Shown piece by piece: positions 50,931 through 62,520 of a stretch of DNA of 64,000 bases. Below the pieces are notes generated by a model. The model ran no database searches. It was not told where the DNA came from and saw nothing but the letters and a program-made list of their open reading frames with translations. Source of the stretch: Octopus sinensis (taxonomy: Eukaryota). Every line of letters begins with the position of its first letter. The stretch's first letter is position 1. The position numbers and the translations under genes are program-made. The DNA lies in assembly GCF_006345805.1 (NCBI RefSeq), contig NC_043014.1:20522001-20586000 (forward strand), read 5' to 3'.

Positions 50931-51258
50931 TATTTGCCTGAATAATCATCATAATTCAGTGCAATCATTAACAGTACTTTCAAGCAATTCAGCTCCGAGC
51001 AACGCCGGGAAATTCTGCTAGTTAATGGTATATTTATGTGTCCTATATTTCACATAATTATGTATTCTTACACCCTAATTATACTTTCTATCGAACGTTT
51101 TTATGCTCGCTCTCTCTCTCTCCCTCTTGTGCGGATGGAGTATTTCTATTGCATTGTGTATATATATATATATTATATATATATATGTGTGTGTGTGTGT
51201 GTGGTGTGTATACATGCGTGCGTACTTGTGTGTCTGTTTACAAGCGTGTGTGAGCATA

Positions 51259-51405
<147 letters not shown>

Positions 51406-51839
51406 TAGATGCAAAAATACTCATTTCAGCTCTAGAAAAAAATGTATGTTTTAAAGATTAACATATAATTTCTAAATGTGTGGGTAAATGTCGGTGTGAT
51501 CAACATCAAATAGAACCGCAATGAAAGTATCAATTAAATAAGATCCCAGCATATATACACTGGCGTTCACTTCCTACCTTCCTACTTCACTGCTGTCGAT
51601 CATATAGCATTTACAAGAATGTTGTATAAATGTTCATCAGTATAATCTATATTTTCTCATTAATTTGTTGTTGGTAGGAACAGAGGAATTTTAGCCGGAG
51701 TATACAAATACGTAGGTTTACATACCGTATAACTCTTCGCTGATTGATTACTGCATATATGTTATGTCTTCTGTTTCACAGTATATGTGTGTGTGCGTCT
51801 GTGTGTGTGTCTATCTGTCTGTGTATGAATGTTTATGCA

Positions 51840-51879
<40 letters not shown>

Positions 51880-51884
<5 letters not shown>

Positions 51885-52300
51885 TAACGTGACATGGAAC
51901 ATTCTGGACAGGGCGGCACCATACAGGCATGGAGCTTACAATTATAATTTCAAGTGCAGGCTTTGCTTATTAGAGAAAATGCACATATTATTCAAAGACA
52001 ATAATTCTTTGAATCAAAGAAGTGAGTTAATGAACTTATGTAGGCACGCGGCTAAATTTAAAATGTCGAATATAAATATACCATATGGATAGAGTATATA
52101 TTTTGTATTTTGATTTTTTGATTTTGATTTTGACTCTTGAGCGCTACGACGGACCTAAAGCAAAGTCTTATTGTTTCTACATATATATTAGGAAAAACCT
52201 ACAAACTTTGTTTTCATGTTATTGTATTGCATAAGATTACCTTGATTATTTATATTACCTTGATTATTTATAAATGACCCAAAATAGGATGTTGTATTTT
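51880..52300 (+). mobile_element. PLE GIY-YIG C-terminal fragment plus 3' end
   Basis: 'VTWNILDRAAPYRHG..CRLCLLEKMHIL..LNQRSELMNLCRHAAKFK' matches the PLE C-terminal W.IL..PY..C.LCL.EK..LNKRSEL..CRH pattern. Confidence 0.75.
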
Positions 52301-53096
52301 ATTTTATATGTCTTTCGTATATATTTTTATTAATGCACCCATCTTTTAAAAGCAATGTTTTTTTAAAAAAAGCAATGTTGTCAAATTTAGAATGTTTATA
52401 TAAGTTTGTGTATAGCAAAGCATATGTATTTGTAAGCATGCGTATCTGTGTATGTGTAAGTGAAAGTATGCTTGTGCTTAAGCACGCATACACACGACGG
52501 TATGTATATGTATCAATTCAAACTTGTGTATGTATACTGGCCTCTATAGATGCCAATAATATCGCTACAAGTTTTTTCCCCACCCCTCCTTCGTTCCTTT
52601 TTCTCTCTTTCCTTTCTTTCGTTCCCCCTCCTTGCTCAGTATATGAGAATTGCTACATAGATGAATTTTAGCTTGCGTGCGAGACGGTTTGCGTGAATAT
52701 ATGTACACATGCTTTTATGTGTATAATTTAGATTCATATTCATACGTCTGTATATGTATGTATGGCGTTTACGCGCATCCTTTTGTGTATGTTGATATAT
52801 ATATGTGGATTTTAATATAAATATGTATTGCAGTATTTATAACAGGTTTAATTTCTATGCATTAATTTGTACTGTCTTCATTAACGGCAATAGGTTTTTT
52901 CCTCGGTTTTTTCCTCGGATTTTATAATTTTTATAAGTTTTTTTATATATATATACATATATTTTTGACCTTTTGTTTATCGCTCGAAGATTGACCGTTT
53001 TTTCTAAAGGGCCAATCAAACAAGTCCATTTCTTTTTAAAGGTGTAGCGTTTGTAAGAGTATAGATTGAATTAATATATATGTTCCATTCTAGCAA

Positions 53097-53140
53097 AAAC
53101 TGTCTGATGAACGGCAACGAGAAACTCAGAGTAACCGATT
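53097..53140 (+). ncRNA. Minimal hammerhead motif with canonical core
   Basis: aaactgt-CTGATGA-a-cg-gcaa-cg-a-GAAA-ctcaga-GTA-accgatt; helix I partly mismatched. Confidence 0.5.
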
Positions 53141-53167
53141 TTGTTGAATTTTGCTGCTTAAAATAAA

Positions 53168-53287
53168 GTATATATATATATATATATATGCATATATATA
53201 TATATCCATATATATATATATATATATTGTATATATATATATATATATATGCATATATATATATATATATATATGCATATATATATA

Positions 53288-53324
<37 letters not shown>

Positions 53325-53447
53325 TATATATATATATATGCATATATATATATATGCATATATATATATATATGCATAATATATATATATATATATATAT
53401 ATGCATATATAATATATATGCATATATATATATATATATATTATATA

Positions 53448-53489
<42 letters not shown>

Positions 53490-53508
53490 TATATATATAA
53501 TATATATA

Positions 53509-53556
<48 letters not shown>

Positions 53557-53577
53557 GCATATATATATATATATATA

Positions 53578-53629
<52 letters not shown>

Positions 53630-53715
53630 ATGCATATATATATATATATATATATGCATATATATATATATATGCATATATATATATATATGCATATATA
53701 TATATATATATATGC

Positions 53716-53795
<80 letters not shown>
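53168..53795. repeat. ~630-bp (TA)n array with periodic tgca interruptions
   Basis: Direct reading. Confidence 0.95.
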
Positions 53796-53799
<4 letters not shown>

Positions 53800-53814
53800 C
53801 ATATAATACATACC

Positions 53815-54850
53815 AACATATATTTGTATAAATACATGCATATATGGGTACAGGACATCAAAACAAACGTAGACAAAATGAGAAACGAGAACATAAAAGC
53901 AAAAACATAGAAAACGAACATTTTTTCGAACAACGAAAGAAACAGAGGAACGAGACAAGCAACATAAAGAACGTTCCCTTCATCAATTGTCCCCTGTTTT
54001 ATCTACTCCGCGTTCCGAAGGTAGAGACATGACGTGATTTCGTTAAAACAGTCCTTCCCGCAAAGCAAATTAAATAAAACTTGGAATTTTTTGCGGAGGA
54101 TGAAAGAGGTAACAAAAACAGGACAGTTAGAACAAGACAGTAAAAACAAGTGGTGTGGGCTGTTAAGCCAAGACGATGTGAAGTGGTGAACGCAGGAAAA
54201 ACGAGCTTTGAGATGAGACAAGTAAAAGCAGGTCTTGTCTTTAGGAAGGAAATGGAAGAAGAAACAATACAAGTGGAAGAATAAGACGATACAAAGAAAA
54301 CAAGGACGAGTCATTCGGAATTTTCTATCCGCAGTCGAGTTCCAGATTATCATTGCAATTTCGGCTGGTTATACTCGAGATTGCTCCAATCGGGCCAGCC
54401 CCAAGGAAAAACTAAGCTAAGAGTATTAGATTCCTTGGAACAAAGCAGCGAATGTATGCGAAAACAAGGACAGAAAAAAACGGAGAAATGTTACACAAAT
54501 ACAAATGCAATTAACAAGACATAACAACAGGTCTTTTTCGACTGGGGACGAATTAAATTAAGCTGGCGTGTGTGAAAGTAAAGCCTTACGGCAGGAGGAA
54601 TATACATGTTGCACGGATGGTAGTCGAACCAAGAAAGAAAGATGAGGCTTGGCTGAACACCGGTCACGTGGGGAGAGAAGATAGAGATGTAGAGGCAGAG
54701 GGATAGAAGAATTAAGGAATTAACTAGCCGAAATTGCAACGATAATCTGGAACTCGACTGAGGATAGAAAACTCCGAATGACCTGTCCTTGTTTTCTTTG
54801 TATCATCTGTCTGGATGTTTTGCGTTCTTGTTCCATTTTTGTATTTTTTA
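53815..54850. mobile_element. Composite of families G and F with an internal ~83-bp inverted repeat
   Basis: 54284-54366 is the near reverse complement of 54726-54808; bounded by TA-rich tracts. Confidence 0.7.
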
Positions 54851-55645
54851 TATATAAGATATAGCGGCGTACTATATATATATGTATATGTCTGTACATA
54901 CATACATACATACATACATACATACATACATACATACAGTCACAAACATGCTGATATGGAATAAATATGTAGCGACTGTCATATAGTTTTCATTCCATAC
55001 TAGTTATCTCTGGCGAACACATGATGTTCCATAATCGGGCTGTTATCAGACATCTCGTTTAATATCCAGTGCGAAACTTTATGTTAAGATCGGTCGTAAT
55101 GAGTGTAGTCGATTCATATACCCACTCTATTCACAAACATAAGAGCGCATATTTTTCCTAATACATTCTTAAACTACTATGCGTATGAGGGGTGCGTGTA
55201 TGTGTGTGCGTGGGTGTTTGTTTGCGTGCGTTTGTATGTTAGTTTATGTGTTTGCACGCGCGCATGTGTGTGCATGTATATATGTTTTTTTTAAAGTCTA
55301 CGAAAGGATTTCTGGATGATAATGACAGCGGAAATTCCATGTCCACCAGGTTAATGGCCACAGGGTCCCTTGAATACCGTTTTATTGAAAACTGTCCCCC
55401 TAGCGATCCTCTTTGATGCTTCATCAACATATTTCTAGAAATAACCAAATTAGGCTTTAAAAATAACTCTAATGGATGATGCAAAGCATACGTACGGTAA
55501 AAAAAGTGACTCCTCCATGAGCGCAACAGATACACCAGATACAGTTACATACATATGCATATATATATACATACATACATACATACATACATACATACAT
55601 ACATACATACATACATACATACGTACATACATATATATATATATA

Positions 55646-55680
<35 letters not shown>

Positions 55681-55841
55681 GAACATATATACATATATAC
55701 CTATACACATATTTTTCATATATATATTTAAATAGTTGTATATATATTCATACATCTATATACATACATTTACATATATTTATACATATGCATATATATA
55801 TGGTGGGAAGTGTACAAGTGTATGTGTGTGAGGGTGAGTGT

Positions 55842-55885
<44 letters not shown>

Positions 55886-56750
55886 TTATGCGCACTTAAT
55901 AATACACATATATACTTGCATGTATATGCGTGCTTCTCTTATCCCAATGAGCTTTTATGAGTTATGAATGACTTTGAAGATCAAAGCATTTTTTGAACAG
56001 GTTCTCGTGATACGAGAAACTGTCAAAGCATGCATAAATGACTAGTTAACAGCTTTCCTTCAAAACGGTTCCTTCACAAAATAGCAGAAATATAAACCTA
56101 AAAAAAAAATCATTGCCATTATCATTCCATTTAGTTATGCAAAGCCTCTCTGTACTTGCGTAGTGGAAAGAGAAAATGGCTCTCATACTATATTTTGAAA
56201 TATGACATTGATGCAATATCAATACAGTATTTTGTATATGTCACGAAAGAATTGAGCAAAAAATTCAAGGTAAACAATGTACTGGCTTGTTTCTTATTAA
56301 CATAGAATTTCTGTCAGCTGAGTGATTTAGTGTTTTTTGCATAACTAGCAAACATGTCTTGTGTTGGTGTATCTGACGGACATACAGACTGTGATATATT
56401 ATCGACTGCTATTTCTAGTAAACATTGGTGATACTATAAATGATACTATAGTTGAAGGAAGTATAAATAATAATAGTGATAATAATAGTAACACCGATTA
56501 TAGTAGTAGGACTAATGATAATAATGATAATAATGAATAATAACAATGATAGGAATATCAATAATATTAATAGTAGTAAGGCCCTCGTTGTAATTGTAGA
56601 GTTAAATCCTACGGTCCGTTATTAGATCGATGTTTAATCCAGAACGTAATTTATAAATATGTAATCGTAACTGAGGCTGGTAACTTTATAAATATAGGAG
56701 GTTCGATAAATATGAAAAAAACGTATCAATAAGCATTTTTTATCTTTTAG

Positions 56751-56903
56751 ATTCAAGCATAAAGCCAATAGTACGTCCTTATCAAGCAATATTTGGGAAC
56801 TGGAAGAAATCGGGATCTGGTTTAGCCTTAAATGGGATATACTACGGAGAGCGCAGCCTTGTAGAGATAGTCGCCACGTTTGTTAACTCTGCTCTAAGGA
56901 AAC
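56751..56903 (+). CDS. Candidate internal host exon (153 bp, phase 1-1), protein unidentified
   Basis: Acceptor gcatttttttatcttttAG, donor GTatga; one open frame SSIKPIVRPYQAIFGNWKKSGSGLALNGIYYGERSLVEIVATFVNSALRK; GC-richer than flanks. Confidence 0.5.
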
Positions 56904-57149
56904 GTATGAGATTTTTAAGTATAGGGACAAGACCAGCCTGATTAATAACAGACTAGACCTAAGGGAATCATGCATGCATAGCGTCACTCGTGCGTTTAAG
57001 TATTTCGAAACTAACAAGTTGCCATACTTGAACTTTGATGGTGGGAATTAATTATTGGTGTAGTATCCGTTGTAAACTTACCTTCTAGTATTAAATATAA
57101 TAAAATCATGGGATATTATGTTATATGGGGAATTATATTGTAATGTATA

Positions 57150-57354
57150 TTTAATATCTAATAATATAGAAAATTACGATAATTAGATCATTACAAAACC
57201 TCGCTAAGATAAGTATTTATTTATATTTAAGATCTTTAAATTGTAAATTTTAATATTTTATAAGTCTTTGGTGTAATAATATTTTCCTTATGTAAATATT
57301 GTTGTTTATGTAATGATCTAATTATCGTAATTTTCTATATTATTAGATATTAAA
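57150..57354. repeat. Perfect 46-bp inverted repeat, 113-bp spacer
   Basis: 57150-57195 = reverse complement of 57309-57354. Confidence 0.92.
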
Positions 57355-57494
57355 TTAAAGTTTATTCGTAAGATACTACTTAGCGATAGATTTATATTTG
57401 ATAGCTAATATACGAGGTGTCTAAAGTTAGGCTTTTGTATATACATGTATTAATAGTATTAATTGTAGTTTTAAATTTCTTATAATTAAAATTA

Positions 57495-57570
57495 GATAAA
57501 CTTTGATAAACTTAGATATGTTTCGACTAAAGATTGGTCCAGGCCATGTCTAACTTACTAGCATAACTTA
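57495..57570 (-). mobile_element. 3'-terminal stub of the CR1/L2-group LINE seen at 34048-34530
   Basis: aaacttagatatgtttcgactaaagattggtccaggccatgtcta matches 34049-34092. Confidence 0.75.
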
Positions 57571-58135
57571 GTTATTGTCTTTTAAAATTGATATTCGCTA
57601 GTTATTCCCATTGATAATTATATTTATAGTATTTATAGTATTTATTCGATACTATATAACTACAAATTGATTATTTCTATAAGTATTTTACATAAGATTT
57701 CTGAAAGTTCGTTTAAGTTTGTTTGTTTGTATTTTTGAAATTAGCTATTTCATCTTTAAATATGAAAAATTAATTTATTAGGTTTTTATTATATGTGCAT
57801 ATATATTTATTTATAGAGATTATTTTAGATCTTAATTATAATATTTATATACATTTATATATTTTCATTGATAATTTATATATAATAGTTTTTTGGGTTT
57901 TTTTAATATTTATGTAATTAGATATAGACTATTACCGATATTAAATTATTGGTGGGTTTCCTACCTTATAAATTAAAATTAATATTTAACATTATAATTG
58001 ATTTTGATATAATCATAATTGTTAAGTTTTAAGTTTATAGTTTGATAATAGAGTTTATTATAAGTAAAATTATTCTATTATTTATATCTTAAAAATATTG
58101 TTTAAATATTTCTGATTATTTTTTTAATATTTCAA

Positions 58136-58233
58136 TTAACCTGAAGATTGACTGTAACCATAACTCGAATTATTAATTGAATTTAAATTATTGTTATTCG
58201 AATTGGTACAGCCATGAAACGATCGTAGTGTTT
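58136..58233 (+). ncRNA. Hammerhead motif with canonical core and extended helix II
   Basis: CTGAAGA (58141-58147); ctgtaacca..tggtacag stem; GAAA (58216-58219); palindromic acgatcgt; GUA site; weak helix I. Confidence 0.5.
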
Positions 58234-58671
58234 TACTCTTTATCTTTTATTAAACTTTTAATACTTTTGATATTTAAAAAATAAATAAATAAATAAATAA
58301 AAGATAAAAAATAAAAATTAATTAATTAATTAATTACTAAAATAATATATAAATATAAAAATATACATACATATATATATTTGTATATATATATATAAAA
58401 TTTATAAGTTTAAATTATTTAAATAATTTTTTATTTTTAACTTTTATATTTTAAATTAATTTTATGTATTGGATTATGTTTTGCACTGTTTGATTTGCCT
58501 AATAGTGGTTTTATCTCTAATTTAATATAATATAATATATTTATACTATTAAATTGGATTTAATCCTAAATCTCATTTTTCCCTGTAAGTTTGGATTTAT
58601 TCCCTAATATATATATATATATATATTTGTAAAAAAGAAGTTTGAAAATGCCACTATATTAGATAAATGTT

Positions 58672-58720
58672 AATTTTACATGTTTCGGTTCTTGAAATAA
58701 CGAACTTTATCAAAAAAATT
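58672..58720 (-). ncRNA. Minimal hammerhead motif (U3-A8 variant) in PLE2 terminal repeat; inverted copy at 61340-61386 (+)
   Basis: ttttt-TTGATAA-a-gttc-gttatttcaa-gaac-c-GAAA-cat-GTA-aaatt; palindromic acatgt; AU-only helix I; the right-arm copy has GUA->AUA. Confidence 0.55.
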
Positions 58721-59135
58721 TTTTTTATAATAAGGAGTATAATGGAACAGTTCATAATTGTTACATACATTCAATAGAGTCCATGCTATATGCATAAAAA
58801 GTATAATGGAACAGTTCATAATTGTTACATACATTCAATAGAGTCCATGCTATATACATTCAATAGAATCCATGTTCTTGAAAAGGCGAAAAATATAAGT
58901 GTAGTGCAGGAGTTCATTATAGATTTTACCTTGTGTTCCAATGGGAGCAACAGTAGTAATTCTTGGTCGTCGACTGTTAGCGTAATTTTGGTAAACTTGT
59001 GATCGTTGGGTTTATATCAGTTAAGCTGTGGCTGTGAAAGCAGTAGAAGCCGTGGTCTCTGGTACTGTTCACTGACGTCATATAATTCCAAACCAATCAA
59101 AGCCAAGCTTCAACGAATATAAGGAAAAGACCTCC

Positions 59136-59440
59136 AACTGTATCCTGTTTAGGAAACCAGCCAAGCAGAACGACAAGTTTGACCACGGAAGAAAAACGTC
59201 ATCAATTTTTTAGCGAATTAAAATCAGATCTGACCCATAATTGTATCCTGTTAGGTGGCTAACCTTGCAGAACGGCTAGTTTGACCACGGAAGAAAAACG
59301 TCATCAATTTTTTAACGAATCAGAATCAGACCTGACCCATAACTGTATCTTGTAAGGAAACCAATTAAGCATGGCAACAAGCTTGACCACTGAGGTGAAA
59401 CGTCATCAATCTTTTGAGTAATCAAAATCAGATCTGCTCG
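59136..59440. repeat. ~102-bp tandem repeat x3 in the PLE2 3' region
   Basis: aa(c/t)tgtatc(c/t)tg starts at 59136, 59239 and 59341. Confidence 0.9.
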
Positions 59441-61504
59441 CAGAGAAAAAAATCTTTTTATAAATTTTTCCTTCCCTAAGACATACCACTGCCAGCGGGA
59501 GTGACTGTTTAAGGATCTGAGAAATTGTAATTGCCCCCACCTCCACTATTTTAATTCTCTCACTGTGGCCGTAGTAACAGTGACCACGGTGGTTGTAGTA
59601 GTGGTAGTGCTAGTGGGAGCAGTCGTAGTGGTTGTGGTAGAGTTTCGTTTTTTCTTTTTCGGAAGACCAATGTTTTGTTTTAATATTCCTGGCCCAGGGT
59701 GTTCAAACTTGGTCTAAATTTTTTTATGAAATAAAGTTCTTTATTTTGGCGTTGCGTGAAGGTTACGTTGTCACTGAATTTGTAAAGTGGGTAAGTTGTA
59801 AATTTCGGATTTTAATTTGCAGCACATCTATCTATGTGCCCGCTTACCGGTATTTCCCGCTATTCAGGGTTTCTAATTTGTGATTTATGCACCGCCATCC
59901 TGCTACGTAAGCTATTTTTTGTATGGCCTATATATTGCCTATTGCAGCCTGCGCATGTTAAGACGTAAACTAAGTTTTCTGATGCACAGGTGAAGTTTGT
60001 TTTAATGGTGAACTGATGGCCTTGTTCTAGTATGAATTCTGAACCTTCTACCAAGATGACACAGATTCCGCAGTTGGGCCTTCCACATTTTCTAACTGCT
60101 GGTTTTGTGGTTGATGTTGAGTGCAGTTTAGCTTGGGTTAAAATCCTTTTCAAGGATTTTGGTTGCCGTTTACTTTTAATGATGGTGTGTGTTTCGAGGA
60201 TCCGGTTCATCTTTGGTCTCCCTTTAGTAGGGCTATGCTTTGTAGTATGGTGCTGAAGGCCTCATTGTTAAGTGGGTTGTGTGTAGAGATGTAGGGAAGG
60301 GTTTTTAATTGTTCTTTCTTTTTTGGTTTTGTTTGTCTCAGGTCTTCTATACTTAATTTAAGTGCCCGTTGGATTGCACTGTCTATTAGGGGCTGTGGAT
60401 AGTTTCTATTTGTGAGTGTGGTTCTAAGTTCCTGGAGACGTGTGTGTCGGGTGTTTGTGTCTGATATTATGATGCAAATCCTTCTAGCTAGACAAAAAGG
60501 GACATTTATTCTAGTGTGTCGTGGGTGGCATGAATCAAAGGGTAGGTACTGTTTGGAGTCTGTCGGTTTATAATAGATATCTGTCTCTATTTTGTTGCCG
60601 GTTTTCTTAATGAGGATGTCTAAAAATGGTAATTCTTCTTCGTTATGATCCATCGTGAATTGTATATTATCATTTATTCCATTTAATATTATTTTAAATT
60701 CCTCAAGTTTCTCTATACTTTTATCCCAGATGATAAAACAGTCGTCGAGGTATCTTTTCCAGTTGTTCTGGATATAGGTGGAGAAGGTGTTTCCATATTT
60801 CTCGAGTGTTATCTGGTAGAGTATTTTCTCGAGGTATCCCATCACTAGGTTTGCAAAAGAAGGCGCAGTACGCGTGCCCATCGCTGTCCCCGATTTTTGT
60901 CTGTAGAAATTATTGTCAAAAATAAAGTAATTGTTTTCTAAAATAAATCTAAGTCCTTCTATTATAAGATCTTTGTTTATGCGAGTTGGGAGCTCAAAGG
61001 AGTAGTTATTCAGCCAGAAGGTGATCGCTGAATAACTTATATGACGTCAGTGAACAGTGCCAGAGACCACGGCTACTACTGCTTTCACAGCCACAGCTTA
61101 ACTGATATAAACCCAACGATCACAAGTTTACCAAAATTACGCTAACAGTCGACGACCAAGAATTACTACTGTTGCTCCCATTGGAACACAAGGTAAAATC
61201 GATAATGAACTCCTGCACTACACTTATATTTTTCGCCTTTTCAAGAACATGGATTCTATTGAATGTATATAGCATGGACTCTATTGAATGTATGTAACAA
61301 TTATGAACTGTTCCATTATACTCTTTATTATAAAAATTTTTTTTTTGATAAAGTTCGTTATTTCAAGAACCGAAACATATAAAATTAAAATTTATCTAAG
61401 ATAGTGGCATTTTCAAACTTCTTTTTTACAAATATATACCCACTCGTATACGATCCACTCTTATTATAATAAATATATATATATATATATATAATATATA
61501 TATA

Positions 61505-61550
<46 letters not shown>

Positions 61551-62349
61551 GCATATATGTATGTATGTATGTATGTATGCATATATGTATGCATGTATAT
61601 GGATGAATATATATGTCCATCCTTCCATTCTATCTTCTCTGTCCACTTGTCAGAGGAAATATGACAAGTGGACGAAGAAGATAGAATGGATCCTTCAAAG
61701 GATCCTATCGGAAGAATTTTCTATCATCTCATTCTTGGTCTCCTCCTAGGTCTCTCTATGGGTTAGCTCAGTTTAAGGACTCCGTATACGATTCTTCGTT
61801 GCGACATACTACTCTCTCCGTAAGAAAGCCACTTACAGAGCTGTGACTTGTCAATTCGTAGGGGTAAATAGCTCGATATAGAGGGAATACATTTCGGTCA
61901 TTACCAAAAACTCATGATACTAGGTGAGTATAAGCATTGAAACCGAATACAAGATATCAATATTGGCTTTTTTCCAGTCTCTTCACTTCTAAAGATGGAA
62001 TGTTGAAGCTGAGGTAATGCTGGCAGACCTAATCCGTCGTCTAGTTTAAACTTCCCAAACGGACACTTTGGTTGTTTAATTAGGCTTCAGTGTCTTACAA
62101 ACATCCGGATAAACTTGTTAGTTTAGAGACAACTTCGTCTAATAATCTTACATCACTCGGTTTCTCAGTCAGTGGCCATGTGCAATGCCTTTACTCCCGA
62201 CTAAAAAGAATTATATACACATACATTAATAACACATACACATATATGCACGCAGCATAGCATATATATATACCGACCAAAGGCGGTATACCAGCATGGC
62301 TGCAGTCAAATGACTGAAGCAAATAAAAGAATATATATATATATATATA

Positions 62350-62520
62350 GTTGAAATTTACAGAACAACAAAAGACGAAGACAGGTGTAGATACAACAAG
62401 CAGGTGTATTAGTTTGATGCTCAGGAAGGTGAGAAAGTATTTTACGTTTCAAGCCTACGCTCTTCAAAAGAAACGAACGCGATGAAATAAACAAAGAGAA
62501 TAAAAACCTCTGGAGTTAGC
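62350..62520 (-). mobile_element. PLE-end family E with hammerhead-like motif
   Basis: Reverse complement of ~62438-62473 = ttt-cttttga-a-gagc-gtag-gctt-gaaa-cgta-aaata. Confidence 0.65.

Larger units (their letters stand above)
49174..51021 (+). mobile_element. Composite Helitron: H-A 5' end + 165-bp tandem array + H-B-like 5' segment + helicase fragment + 3' hairpin/CTAG
   Basis: Starts tcttattataaaagg directly after CTAG; H-B-like segment at 50172-50405; ends ccgagcaacgccggg-aaattctg-CTAG|T at 51021. Confidence 0.75.
58622..61437 (-). mobile_element. Penelope-like retroelement 2 (5'-truncated RT + GIY-YIG) bounded by ~400-bp inverted terminal repeats
   Basis: RT ~61030->60207 ('SGTAMGTRTAPSFANL', 'RYLDDCF'); frameshift; EN 60210->~59700 ('KCGRPNCGIC..NLVYVLTCAGCNRQYIG', premature stop at 59860, 'RPSLN'); arms 58622-59085 and 61037-61437. 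Confidence 0.92.

Noticed and set aside
55378-55434. Possible 57-bp minus-strand exon (KYVDEASKRIARGTVFNKT)
   Set aside because: Weak donor, opposite strand to the better candidate exon, no homology recognised.
57100-58600. Mitochondrial insertion (NUMT) or control region
   Set aside because: Very AT-rich, but no mitochondrial gene, rRNA or tRNA recognised; contains a LINE stub and an HHR motif instead.
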